In this document: positions 1-8,642 of the stretch, piece after piece
How positions within the stretch are numbered: position 1 is the first letter of the stretch
How the letters are laid out: each line of letters opens with the position of its first letter
The notes under the pieces: generated by a model
What the model saw: the letters and a program-made list of their open reading frames with translations, nothing else
What the model was told of the DNA's origin: nothing
Database searches by the model: none
From: Pseudomonadota bacterium
GTDB lineage: Bacteria > Bdellovibrionota_G > JALEGL01 > DATDPG01
Direction of reading: 5' to 3'
Length of the DNA stretch: 16,619 bases
Assembly (NCBI GenBank): GCA_043804515.1
Contig: JAZDIZ010000113.1
Span: 1-16,619 of the forward strand
Program-made: the position numbers and the translations under genes

Positions 1-2266
1 CAAGAGCGTCCGCGCCCCGATCATGATCGATTCCACCGACGAACGGGTGACCGGCATGGCACTCACGTACCTTCAAGGGAAGGCCATCATCAATTCCATC
101 AATCTGGAAAACGGCGAGGACCGCTTCCGGAAAGTCGTGCCGTTGGCCAAGATCTTCGGGGCGGCGCTCGTCGTGGGAACCATCGACGAGAACCCCACCG
201 AAGGAATGGCACTGACGCGTTCGAGGAAACTTGAAATCGCCCGACGGAGCTACGACCTCTTGACGGGAAAATACGACATAGAGCCGGAGAACATCCTCTT
301 CGATCCTTTGGTCTTCCCGTGCGCTTCCGGGGATCCCGCTTACGCCGGTTCCGCCGTGGAGACCATGGAGGCCCTGCGCCTCCTCAAGAAAGCCTTCCCG
401 CGTTCCAAGACGCTTCTCGGTATTTCCAACGTGTCGTTCGGCCTTCCCGAGGCCGGGCGCGAGATCCTGAACTCCGTTTTTCTCTATCATTGCACGCAGG
501 CGGGATTGGATGTGGCGATCGTCAATACGAATCAGCTTCGGCGGTTCGCCTCGATCCCCGAGGATGAGAGGACGGTGGCGGAAGATCTTCTTTGGAATCG
601 AGGGGAAGGGTGCATCGAGAGGTTCAACGAACGTTTTCGGACGAGGGCCGCCCCAAAAAAGGAAGGAGCCCCTCGCCTTCAATTGGAGGATCGACTGGCC
701 CGCTGTGTGATCGAGGGCACGAGGGAGGGGTTGGCCGAAGACCTCGACGAGGCTCTTAGAGCTGCGGCCCCGATCGAGATCATCAACGGCCCGCTCATGA
801 AAGGGATGAACGAAGTGGGGCGGCTGTTCAACAAGAACGAGTTGATCGTCGCCGAAGTCCTTCAAAGCGCCGAGGTGATGAAATTCGCCGTCGAACATCT
901 CAAGAAATTCATGTCCAAGTCCCAAGCGTGCACGCGGGGAAAGGTTCTCCTGGCGACCGTGAAGGGAGACGTGCACGACATCGGAAAAAACCTCGTCGAG
1001 ATGATTCTGACCGGAAGTGGGTTCGAAGTGGTGGATTTGGGGATCCGCGTGACTACCGAAGCCTTGATCGCCGCCGTCAAGGAACATCATCCTCAGATTC
1101 TTGGACTCTCGGGGTTACTCGTGAAGTCCGCCCACCAAATGACCGCCACGGCGGAGGACCTCGCTAAGGCCGGCGTTAAGGTTCCCATGCTGGTGGGGGG
1201 CGCCGCTCTCACACGGAGCTTCGTGGATCGGAAGATCGCAAAGGCTTACGCGGGTATGGTGGCGTATGCCTCCGACGCCATGAACGGCTTGGAGCTGGCC
1301 AACATCGTGGTGGATCCTGCCAAGTTCGAGCGGTTCAAGACGGAGCTGGAGAAATCACGCGCCGCAAGGGTCGCCGGGCCTCAGCGGAATATCGACGCTT
1401 CGAAAGAACCGCCCCCGCGCTCCGCCGTTCTTCCCGTGGAAAAGCCGCCATCCCCCCCGGACTTCGAACGGCATGTTCTTGCAAAGACGCCGGTGGATGA
1501 GATCTGGGCGTACATCAACCCCCGGATGCTTCTGGGGCGCCATCTGGGTCTTTCGAATTCCATCATCCGGTTCGTCGAGGAGAACCGGCTGGCCGAACTC
1601 GAGGACCTTCCTCAGGGGAAAAAGGCGCTAGAGATTCTTCGCGTCCTCGATGAGGTGAAGGAGGAATGCGCGAAGCGCAAGCTTCTGGCGCCCAAAGCCG
1701 TGTACCGGTTTTTCCCGGCTTCCGGCGAGGGAAACGAAATCCACGTTCGCAATCCTAACAAAGAAGATGTCCCGGCCCGGATCCCATTTCCGCGCCAGAG
1801 CAAGGCTCCTTATCTTTCGGTCCCCGACTACCTGAATCCGGCCGCGTCGGGTCGGAACGACAACGTTTGCCTTTTCGTCACGACGGCGGGCCACGGCGTC
1901 CGGGAGACGTCGGACGAGTGGAAGAAGAAAGGGGAATTCCTCCGCTCCCACGTGCTTTCCGCGCTGGCCCTGGAGTCGGCCGAGGCGTATGCCGAATGGC
2001 TGCATGCCAAGATTCGCTCTCTTTGGAATCTGCCCGATCCGCCTTCCATGACGATGATGGAGCGCTTCCAAGCCCGTTATCCGGGCAAGCGTTATTCGTT
2101 CGGTTACGCCGCCTGCCCCAACCTCGAGAACCAGCAGATGCTGTTTGATCTTCTTCGGCCCGAGGATATCGGCGTCACACTGACGGAAAGTTTCATGATG
2201 GATCCCGAGGCATCCGTTTCGGCGGTGGTGATCCACCATCTGCAAGCCGCGTACTTCACCGCCTAA
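1..2266 (+). CDS. metH: Cobalamin-dependent methionine synthase, 5'-truncated by the window edge (pterin-binding, cap, B12-binding and SAM-reactivation domains)
   Basis: Frame is open from base 2 (KSVRAPI-MIDST). Motifs: IINSINLENG and LGISNVSFG (folate domain), IINGPLMKGMNEVG (cap), ATVKGDVHDIGKNLV (DxHxxG B12 motif), LSGLL, VGGAA, and C-terminal GKRYSFGYAACP...MMDPEASVS. Confidence 0.97.
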   Translation, partial: KSVRAPIMIDSTDERVTGMALTYLQGKAIINSINLENGEDRFRKVVPLAKIFGAALVVGTIDENPTEGMALTRSRKLEIARRSYDLLTGKYDIEPENILFDPLVFPCASGDPAYAGSAVETMEALRLLKKAFPRSKTLLGISNVSFGLPEAGREILNSVFLYHCTQAGLDVAIVNTNQLRRFASIPEDERTVAEDLLWNRGEGCIERFNERFRTRAAPKKEGAPRLQLEDRLARCVIEGTREGLAEDLDEALRAAAPIEIINGPLMKGMNEVGRLFNKNELIVAEVLQSAEVMKFAVEHLKKFMSKSQACTRGKVLLATVKGDVHDIGKNLVEMILTGSGFEVVDLGIRVTTEALIAAVKEHHPQILGLSGLLVKSAHQMTATAEDLAKAGVKVPMLVGGAALTRSFVDRKIAKAYAGMVAYASDAMNGLELANIVVDPAKFERFKTELEKSRAARVAGPQRNIDASKEPPPRSAVLPVEKPPSPPDFERHVLAKTPVDEIWAYINPRMLLGRHLGLSNSIIRFVEENRLAELEDLPQGKKALEILRVLDEVKEECAKRKLLAPKAVYRFFPASGEGNEIHVRNPNKEDVPARIPFPRQSKAPYLSVPDYLNPAASGRNDNVCLFVTTAGHGVRETSDEWKKKGEFLRSHVLSALALESAEAYAEWLHAKIRSLWNLPDPPSMTMMERFQARYPGKRYSFGYAACPNLENQQMLFDLLRPEDIGVTLTESFMMDPEASVSAVVIHHLQAAYFTA

Positions 2267-2344
2267 AATTATACATAAAGTATGCGTTTAGATATCTATG
2301 CATAACTATTTAATATAATGAATAAATTGCGGTGTGTTCTTAGA

Positions 2345-3691
2345 TCACGTGCCCAGGGCGCAGGATTCGTTTTCGGCGGGTGCATCGGCCGCTGAAGGCC
2401 GTTCGCTCAGGGAGCGGCCGTTCCGGTTCTTGTTCCAGTGGACCGCGTTCATAGCCAGGTAATAGAGCGGGTGCTTCCGGTTGGCCCAGAACCGCCTGAC
2501 GATCGAAGGCAGCGTGTAAAAATCCGCGGAGAGCCGGTTCTTCTGCCAGTCGATCTCCTGATGCGAAAAGTGGGGGTGTTTCCAAACAAGGTGCCCACCG
2601 TCGTACTTTCTCCAATCCCGCTCCCGGATCAACCCCTGCTTCTCAAGCCTTTCATAGAGTTGTGTCCCCGGGAAGGGCGTCAGGATTCCGGTGCTGAGCA
2701 GCATGATGTGGTTGCGGATCGCGAACTCGCGCACCTTGGCGAAGGTCTCAGGAGTGTCCCCCTCCCATCCGAAGATGAACGCACCGATGAGATTGATTCC
2801 GGCCTTGTGGATCTTGGCGATGTCCTGGGCGTAGTTCTGCACCTTGTTGTGGGCTTTGTGCGTGGAGTTCAGCACGTCCTGTTCGATCGACTCGATTCCG
2901 ACGAAGAGGCTCATGCACCCCGAACGAACCGCCAACTTCAGGAGTTTTTCGTCGTGGCAGATCCGATCGAGGGACGCCTGGCTCCCCCAGCGCATTTTCA
3001 GGGGGATGAGCGCCTCGAACAGCTTGTATGCATAGGAACGCGAGAAGAAGATGTTGTCGTCGACGAAGAAGAAGATCTTGGAGGGGTACTTCCGGATTTC
3101 TTCCACCACATGCTCGACGGGGCGGGTCCGCAGCTTTTTTCCGTAGATCGTGGTCACCGTGCAAAAATAGCAGCCGTAGGGGCAACCGCGTCCGGTTTGA
3201 AGGACCTGGGCGTTCAACGTCGATTTGGGACCGGAAAATAGATCCTTCCGGGGCATCGGGATCGTGGCGAGATCGACCGGCCGTTCGGAACGATAGATGG
3301 GCTTGAGCCTGCCGCTTTGAAAATCCGCCATCAGGTCCGGCCAGACGTTCTCCGCCTCGTGTACGACCACCGAATCGAAGTGCTCCAGGCACTCGTCGGT
3401 GACGAAAGAGGGATGGCTTCCGCCGCAGATCGTCGGGATCCCCCTCTTTCGAAAATGATCGCCCAATTCGTAGCCGCGCGTGGCCTGGCAGGTCAGCATC
3501 GTGATCCCCACCAGATCCGCGGTTTCGTCGGGATCGAGGTCGACGAAGTCCTCTTCCACGATCTTGATTTCGTCGAAATACGGCGTGGCAAGAGCCGCGA
3601 TGAGGGCCAGATTCAGCTGATGGACGCTCTTCCCCTTCCGGGCTTTCGCACCGAGGCGTGCCGGAGCGATGAGAAGCAGCTTCAACGTCAC
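2345..3691 (-). CDS. B12-binding-domain radical SAM protein
   Basis: N-terminal B12-binding-like region (DLVGIT...ICGGSHPS), CxxxCxxC motif in QTGRGCPYGCYFC, plus FVDDNI, GIES and TPFPGT. The GTG start overlaps the helicase stop (GTGA, 3688-3691). Confidence 0.92.
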   Translation of the reverse strand: MTLKLLLIAPARLGAKARKGKSVHQLNLALIAALATPYFDEIKIVEEDFVDLDPDETADLVGITMLTCQATRGYELGDHFRKRGIPTICGGSHPSFVTDECLEHFDSVVVHEAENVWPDLMADFQSGRLKPIYRSERPVDLATIPMPRKDLFSGPKSTLNAQVLQTGRGCPYGCYFCTVTTIYGKKLRTRPVEHVVEEIRKYPSKIFFFVDDNIFFSRSYAYKLFEALIPLKMRWGSQASLDRICHDEKLLKLAVRSGCMSLFVGIESIEQDVLNSTHKAHNKVQNYAQDIAKIHKAGINLIGAFIFGWEGDTPETFAKVREFAIRNHIMLLSTGILTPFPGTQLYERLEKQGLIRERDWRKYDGGHLVWKHPHFSHQEIDWQKNRLSADFYTLPSIVRRFWANRKHPLYYLAMNAVHWNKNRNGRSLSERPSAADAPAENESCALGT

Positions 3692-4833
3692 CTGCTCCGT
3701 AGCGACGGCCGGTATCTCCGGACGACGGGTTTCGGCATAGGCGGCGCGGACGCCGGATCAAGGTGGCGGGATAGCGCGATCCATTGGTCCCGGTCGTCGG
3801 GCGTCAGGAGGCAAAGCGACGAGCCTTGCGCCCCCGCGCGGGCCGTCCGGCCGATGCGGTGAATGTAGTCCTCGGGAACCTGCGGCAGGTCGTAGTTGAT
3901 GACGTGCGCGATGTGCGGGATGTCGAGGCCTCGAGACGCGATGTCGGTCGCCACAAGGATCCGGATCTTTTCCTGGCGGAAGTCCTTCATCACTCTTTCG
4001 CGCTGTCCCTGCGTCCGGTTGCCGTGGATCCGGTCGGCCTTGAACCCGGAGTCGGACAGGAGCCGGGCCAGACGGTCCGTGCGGTGCTTGGTGCGCGTGA
4101 AGATCAAAACGGAGCCTTTTCTTTGGGCGAGTTCCTTCAGAAGGACCGAGTTCTTATCGAACGACGTGGTCTTCACGAAGGACTGCTGGACCGTGTCGAC
4201 CGGCTTTGAAATGGCTCCGATCGAAACTTTTTTAGGATGGTTGAGATGCTGGGCCGCCAGGCGTTCGATGCCGGCGGGAAATGTCGCCGAAAAAAGAAGC
4301 GTTTGCCGCTTCGCCGGCACCTGCCGGATGATTCTCCGGAGCTGGGGTTCGAAACCGATATCCAGCATCCGGTCCGCCTCGTCGAGGACGAGAATCGTCA
4401 CGTTCGCGAGTGAAACGGTCCGCTGTTCGAGATGATCCAGAAGGCGCCCGGGCGTGGCGATCACGATCCGGGGCTTTTTGGAAAGTGCCAGGTGCTGCAT
4501 ATGCATCGAAGCCCCGCCGATCAGGACGCAGGGCCGTAAGGCCGGAAGCTCCCGTGTGAGCGTGACAAAGACGTCGTGAATCTGCGCGGCCAGCTCACGG
4601 GTGGGAACCAGAATGAGCCCCATCGAACGCGCGTCTTTCATGAGCGCCGTGATCATCGGGACGGCGAACGCGGCTGTTTTCCCCGTGCCGGTCTGGGCGA
4701 TTCCGATCAAGTCCATGCCTTCCATTATGGCCGGTATGGTCTCGGATTGGATCTCCGTGGGTGCGTGATACTGCATTCCGCGCAGGGCTTTTTCGATCTG
4801 CACGGGAAAATGAAATGAATCAAAATTAGACAA
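3688..4833 (-). CDS. DEAD-box ATP-dependent RNA helicase (RhlE-like)
   Basis: Q motif PTEIQ, AQTGTGKT, PTRELA, TPGRL, LDEADRML, SAT, ASRGLD and HRIGRTAR. TTG start preceded by a perfect SD (TAAGGAGGT). Confidence 0.96.
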   Translation of the reverse strand: MSNFDSFHFPVQIEKALRGMQYHAPTEIQSETIPAIMEGMDLIGIAQTGTGKTAAFAVPMITALMKDARSMGLILVPTRELAAQIHDVFVTLTRELPALRPCVLIGGASMHMQHLALSKKPRIVIATPGRLLDHLEQRTVSLANVTILVLDEADRMLDIGFEPQLRRIIRQVPAKRQTLLFSATFPAGIERLAAQHLNHPKKVSIGAISKPVDTVQQSFVKTTSFDKNSVLLKELAQRKGSVLIFTRTKHRTDRLARLLSDSGFKADRIHGNRTQGQRERVMKDFRQEKIRILVATDIASRGLDIPHIAHVINYDLPQVPEDYIHRIGRTARAGAQGSSLCLLTPDDRDQWIALSRHLDPASAPPMPKPVVRRYRPSLRSR

Positions 4834-4838
4834 AATAT

Positions 4839-4847
4839 ACCTCCTTA
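4839..4847 (-). promoter_or_regulatory. Shine-Dalgarno TAAGGAGGT of the helicase gene
   Basis: The + strand acctcctta reads TAAGGAGGT on the - strand, 5 nt upstream of the TTG at 4833. Confidence 0.85.
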
Positions 4848-4935
4848 GAAGGCTTTTTGTGACGCCTTTAAAGAGGATAGAGCACTAGGCTTGAACTCAA
4901 AGAGGGCGTTGTTAAAAAGATTACTGACTGGCGGT

Positions 4936-4965
4936 TGAATACCACGTTTGTCTCCGCCGCGTCAA
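4936..4965 (-). promoter_or_regulatory. Possible sigma70 promoter for the helicase/radical SAM operon
   Basis: TTGACG-N18-TATTCA on the - strand with TG one base before the -10; the -10 is imperfect. Confidence 0.3.
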
Positions 4966-5070
4966 GGCGCCGTATCCGGCAGGTCGGCCGCCGTCCCCCG
5001 AAACGCGTCGGTACCGCTGTTCCTGGAAATGTTGGAAATGAATTCCGAAAAGAGAGACAGTGGAGGCACT

Positions 5071-6027
5071 ATGAAAACCGCGCTTCGAATGGCCAAGTGC
5101 ACCGTCGTCTCGTGTCTCTTGTTGTTCCTAGTATTTCCGTTCACCGGCTGTGGGTCGGGGGATGAGTCGGCTACGTCGCCTTTTCAGGTCGTAGGCGAGT
5201 TGTCCCAAGCTTTGGACAGACTGCAACTCCCTTCGTCTATTGGAATGCGGGCGGCTGCTTCCTATGGCGATCCGTCTCTATGTCCGGATCAAACCGGAGG
5301 GGGAGTGTCAGCCAATCTGTCACCGACCGCCTACACGGTGGCTCTCAAGAAGATGACCCTTCTGGGCGCGGAAGGTACGGCTGACTTCGAACTCTTCTCC
5401 GCCTCTTCGCTGGATCAGGCGTACACCGCGGATTTCGTGGCGGATCCGGTTTTCTTCGCTTCCGATACGTTTCCGGACCCCGGGACGTATACGGGGATCC
5501 GGATCGAGGTCTACTACGTGGAGATGAGTATCCCCATGATCCTTCCGGCGGTTTTCGAAGACGAGGCCTCGTATCGGACGCGCGGGTATTTTGCAGCGGT
5601 CGGCAACATCGTGAAGCGCGACGTTACGGTTTTTGTAAACGATGCGGAGTCTTGGATCGACCGCAAAACGGACTCGGTTACTGCCTTTGAACCCGTGGCC
5701 GTCACGTCGGAGCATCCGGATCAGGTTCTGGATCTTTGGGCGGATGACGCTTTTTGGCTGCGCGATCCCGTGACGATCTCGACGGCCGATACCGAATTCG
5801 GAAATGATTTCACGTTCCGAATGGCCGACGGGAGCGGAAACTTCGTGATCCCGGAGAATCCCCCGGCTTCGTTCACGATCACGCTTTCCTTCGACGTCGC
5901 GAACAAGTTCACGTTCTGGGAGTTCCTGCCCACGTTGTCCAACTCCGAAGCCGACGGGAAGTTCAAGGTGGGCTATGATTGCGGTTATCGCATCATGTTC
6001 CCGAACGTCCTGGTTTCCGCCGGATAG
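5071..6027 (+). CDS. Hypothetical lipoprotein (acidic, beta-rich; loosely DUF4382-like)
   Basis: GGAGG at 5062-5066 precedes ATG 5071. Signal peptide MKTALRMAK...LLLFLVFPFTG-C has a lipobox. The segments PDPGTYTGIRIEV and ITLSFDV recall DUF4382-type beta-sandwiches (recollection, not searched). Confidence 0.8.
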   Translation: MKTALRMAKCTVVSCLLLFLVFPFTGCGSGDESATSPFQVVGELSQALDRLQLPSSIGMRAAASYGDPSLCPDQTGGGVSANLSPTAYTVALKKMTLLGAEGTADFELFSASSLDQAYTADFVADPVFFASDTFPDPGTYTGIRIEVYYVEMSIPMILPAVFEDEASYRTRGYFAAVGNIVKRDVTVFVNDAESWIDRKTDSVTAFEPVAVTSEHPDQVLDLWADDAFWLRDPVTISTADTEFGNDFTFRMADGSGNFVIPENPPASFTITLSFDVANKFTFWEFLPTLSNSEADGKFKVGYDCGYRIMFPNVLVSAG

Positions 6028-6179
6028 TAATCTCCGGCATCCGTAGACCGGCAGCCGTCCCGGTGACCGCAGCCGGTATCAGAAGGAAACCGGCCGGAAC
6101 GACCGTTCGCAAAAGTTCAAAGGAACTGTCATAAATAGCGGATGAGGCTCCGCGAAATCGGATCTCCAAAGGAGAGCTA

Positions 6180-7679
6180 CTGATCCGCACCGAGCTGTTC
6201 GAGCGATGTGAGCGGGAGCCGTACGACCTCGTCGTCGTGGGCGGCGGGATCAACGGCGCCGGCGTTTTGCGGGATGCCGCCCTGCGGGGCCTCCGCGCCG
6301 TTCTTTTCGAGAAGGACGATTTCGCGTCCGGAGCCTCCGGCCGTTCCTCCAAGCTCATCCACGGGGGCCTACGGTATCTCGAGACGTACGAATTCAAACT
6401 CGTCTTTGAGGCCTGCCGCGAGAGGCACGTCCTTCTTGAACAAGCCCCGCAATTGGTCCGCCCGCTCCAATTCCTTTACCCCGTGTATCGTGGGCATCAG
6501 CATGGGCTGATGGCGGCGTCGGCCGGCGTGTGGCTTTATGATTTTCTGGCCCTTTTTCGCAACATCCGCCACCCGCGGGTCCGTCTTCGAGGATCCACGC
6601 TCAAATTGGAGCCGTCCCTGAGACCCAAGGGTCTCGTGGGTTCGGTAAGCTACTTCGACGCCGTCACGCACGACACGTACCTGACACTCGCCAATTTCCG
6701 CCACGCGCGGGAGACCGGGGCGCACGCGTTCAATCACGCCGAGGTCACGGGCCTTCTCGAGCAAGGCGGGAGTGTCGTCGGCGTTCGCGTCAAGGACGGT
6801 CTGAGCGGAAGAACGTTCAGGGTCCGTGCCCGCTGGACGGTGAACCTCACGGGTCCCTGGGGCGATCGATTTCTCGCCGCGGCCGTGGCCGGACGCAAGC
6901 CGCTCCTTCGCGTCACCAAAGGCGTCCATCTCGTCGTACCCGGGACCCGGCTCGCCATCGGGCGGGCGGTTCTCATGATCGCGCCGCAAGACGGACGGGT
7001 CACGTTCCTGATCCCGTGGGAAAACACCGTCCTTGTGGGCACCACCGACAGTGACTTCGAAGGCGATCCGTCCCATGCGCGGGCCACAAGGGAGGACGTG
7101 GCCTATCTCTTGGAAGCCGCGAATTACTATTTTCCGCAGGCCAAGCTCGTGGCCGACGACGTCATCAGCACCTTCGCGGGTGTACGCCCCCTTCTGGCCG
7201 ATCCGCACCGCGATCCATCGCAGCTCTCGCGCGAGCACCGGATCGTGTGGGAACGACCCGGCCTCGTCACGATGGCCGGCGGAAAACTCACGACGTTCCG
7301 GAAGATGGCCCGGCAATTGTTGGACGGCTTGGTCGAGCGCACGCCGGAATGGCGTGGCCAGACGGTTTCCTGCGCCACGGAGCACGTCGGTCTGTTCCAT
7401 CCCCATCGTGAGACTTCGGCTTCGTTCGGCGCGGCGGCCCGCGGGTGGCTTTCGGAGGAGCCCATGTTGTCGCTTCCCGACCTCTTGGATCGCAGGCTCG
7501 ATATGCTCCAGTTGGAACCGGACCACGGCCTCGCGCATCTGGATGAAGCGACGGCAATTCTCTCCCGCCATTACGGATTTTCGTCCGCAGAGATGGGACG
7601 ACAACGTGAAGAGTATCTCGATCTCGTGAAGCGCTCCCTTGCCGGGTTGAATAGACAACTCCCCGGAGGTCCTCTATAG
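6180..7679 (+). CDS. glpD: FAD-dependent glycerol-3-phosphate dehydrogenase/oxidase; probable CTG start
   Basis: YDLVVVGGGINGAG FAD motif, DFASGASGRSSKLIHGGLRYLE signature, KGVHLVV, VGTTD, FAGVRPL and GGKLTTFR. The frame extends upstream of the ORF-track start (6237) to a stop at 6132; SD AAAGGAG at 6168-6174. Confidence 0.93.
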   Translation: MIRTELFERCEREPYDLVVVGGGINGAGVLRDAALRGLRAVLFEKDDFASGASGRSSKLIHGGLRYLETYEFKLVFEACRERHVLLEQAPQLVRPLQFLYPVYRGHQHGLMAASAGVWLYDFLALFRNIRHPRVRLRGSTLKLEPSLRPKGLVGSVSYFDAVTHDTYLTLANFRHARETGAHAFNHAEVTGLLEQGGSVVGVRVKDGLSGRTFRVRARWTVNLTGPWGDRFLAAAVAGRKPLLRVTKGVHLVVPGTRLAIGRAVLMIAPQDGRVTFLIPWENTVLVGTTDSDFEGDPSHARATREDVAYLLEAANYYFPQAKLVADDVISTFAGVRPLLADPHRDPSQLSREHRIVWERPGLVTMAGGKLTTFRKMARQLLDGLVERTPEWRGQTVSCATEHVGLFHPHRETSASFGAAARGWLSEEPMLSLPDLLDRRLDMLQLEPDHGLAHLDEATAILSRHYGFSSAEMGRQREEYLDLVKRSLAGLNRQLPGGPL

Positions 7680-7687
7680 AAGCGTGC

Positions 7688-8611
7688 GTGGAGTTAAGCC
7701 TCCCAAACGACCGGGCGTTCGAAATCGTCGGGATCGGGCGCAATTCCTGGGACCGGATCGGCCTGGTCGCGGAATATCCCCGGGCCAATGAAAAAGTCGA
7801 GATCCTCAAACTGGACCAACAGCCCGGGGGCCAGACCGCTACGACGATCGTGGCGGCCGCGCGGCTCGGCGCAAAAACGCGCTATCTGGGAAAGTTCGGG
7901 GACGACGCCGCGGGACGCGCCGTCCGCGCAGCTTTGGTCCGGGAGGGGGTGGATCTCTCGGAATCGAAAGTGGTGCCGGGCGTATCGAACCAGATGGCCT
8001 TCGTCATTGTGGATCGGAAGGACCGGACGCGGAACGTGTTCGGGCACAGCGATCCGCGGCTTAAGATCGGCCGCGACGATTTTTCGTTTGACGCCGTCAC
8101 GTCCGGAAGGATCCTGTTTCTGGGTGGGCGAAACCCGGCGGACATGGTTCCGTTCGCCGAAAACGGCCGCGACGCCCGCTGTCTGGTCGTCACCGACGCC
8201 GACGCGATTTCCGAGGGAACCCGTGATCTCGTGGCCCTTTCCGACGTCGTGATCTGCCCCAAGACCTTCCCGCGCGATTTCATGGGAGGCCGTTCCCTCC
8301 GCGGAGCGATTCTCGCCATCCGAAAGCTGGGCCCGACGATCGTCTGCTGCACGCTGGACGAACGCGGGTGCGAGGCCCTCTTTGACGACACGTTTCTCCA
8401 TGTCCCCTCGTTCGACGTCGACGTGGTCGACACGACCGGAGCCGGCGACGTGTTCCAGGGAGCGTTTCTGATCGCCCTTTTGAAAAAGTTTCCGCCGCGG
8501 AAAAGCCTTCAATTTGCGAGCGCCGTCGCGGCGCTGAAATGCCGATCCCTCGGAGGGCAGCAGGGGATTCCGCGCCTGGCCGAAGTGCAGCGTTTTTTAC
8601 GAGGCTCTTGA
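7688..8611 (+). CDS. PfkB/ribokinase-family carbohydrate kinase
   Basis: PGGQTATTIVAAARLG...GKFGDD N-terminal signature and VVDTTGAGDVF C-terminal signature; starts 8 nt after the glpD stop. Confidence 0.93.
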   Translation: MELSLPNDRAFEIVGIGRNSWDRIGLVAEYPRANEKVEILKLDQQPGGQTATTIVAAARLGAKTRYLGKFGDDAAGRAVRAALVREGVDLSESKVVPGVSNQMAFVIVDRKDRTRNVFGHSDPRLKIGRDDFSFDAVTSGRILFLGGRNPADMVPFAENGRDARCLVVTDADAISEGTRDLVALSDVVICPKTFPRDFMGGRSLRGAILAIRKLGPTIVCCTLDERGCEALFDDTFLHVPSFDVDVVDTTGAGDVFQGAFLIALLKKFPPRKSLQFASAVAALKCRSLGGQQGIPRLAEVQRFLRGS

Positions 8612-8642
8612 CGAACATCTTGAATGTGATTGAGTGACGCGC

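Noticed and set aside
2748..3761. 337-aa alternative-frame ORF overlapping the radical SAM gene
   Set aside because: Arg/Gly/Pro-rich off-frame translation with no domain signal.
1..4965. Cobalamin or SAM riboswitch near metH/radical SAM
   Set aside because: The metH leader lies outside the window, and no B12-box or SAM-I core motifs were recognised in the intergenic regions present.
4948..5070. ORF-track upstream starts at 4948 (also 9590, 10792 and 14965)
   Set aside because: Downstream ATGs at 5071, 9656, 10849 and 15142/15148 have SD, signal-peptide or homology support, and the extensions run through intergenic/promoter DNA or other genes.
6028..6100. Cluster of CCGG motifs after the lipoprotein gene as a repeat or terminator
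   Set aside because: No regular period, no clear stem with a U-tract, and expected at this GC content.
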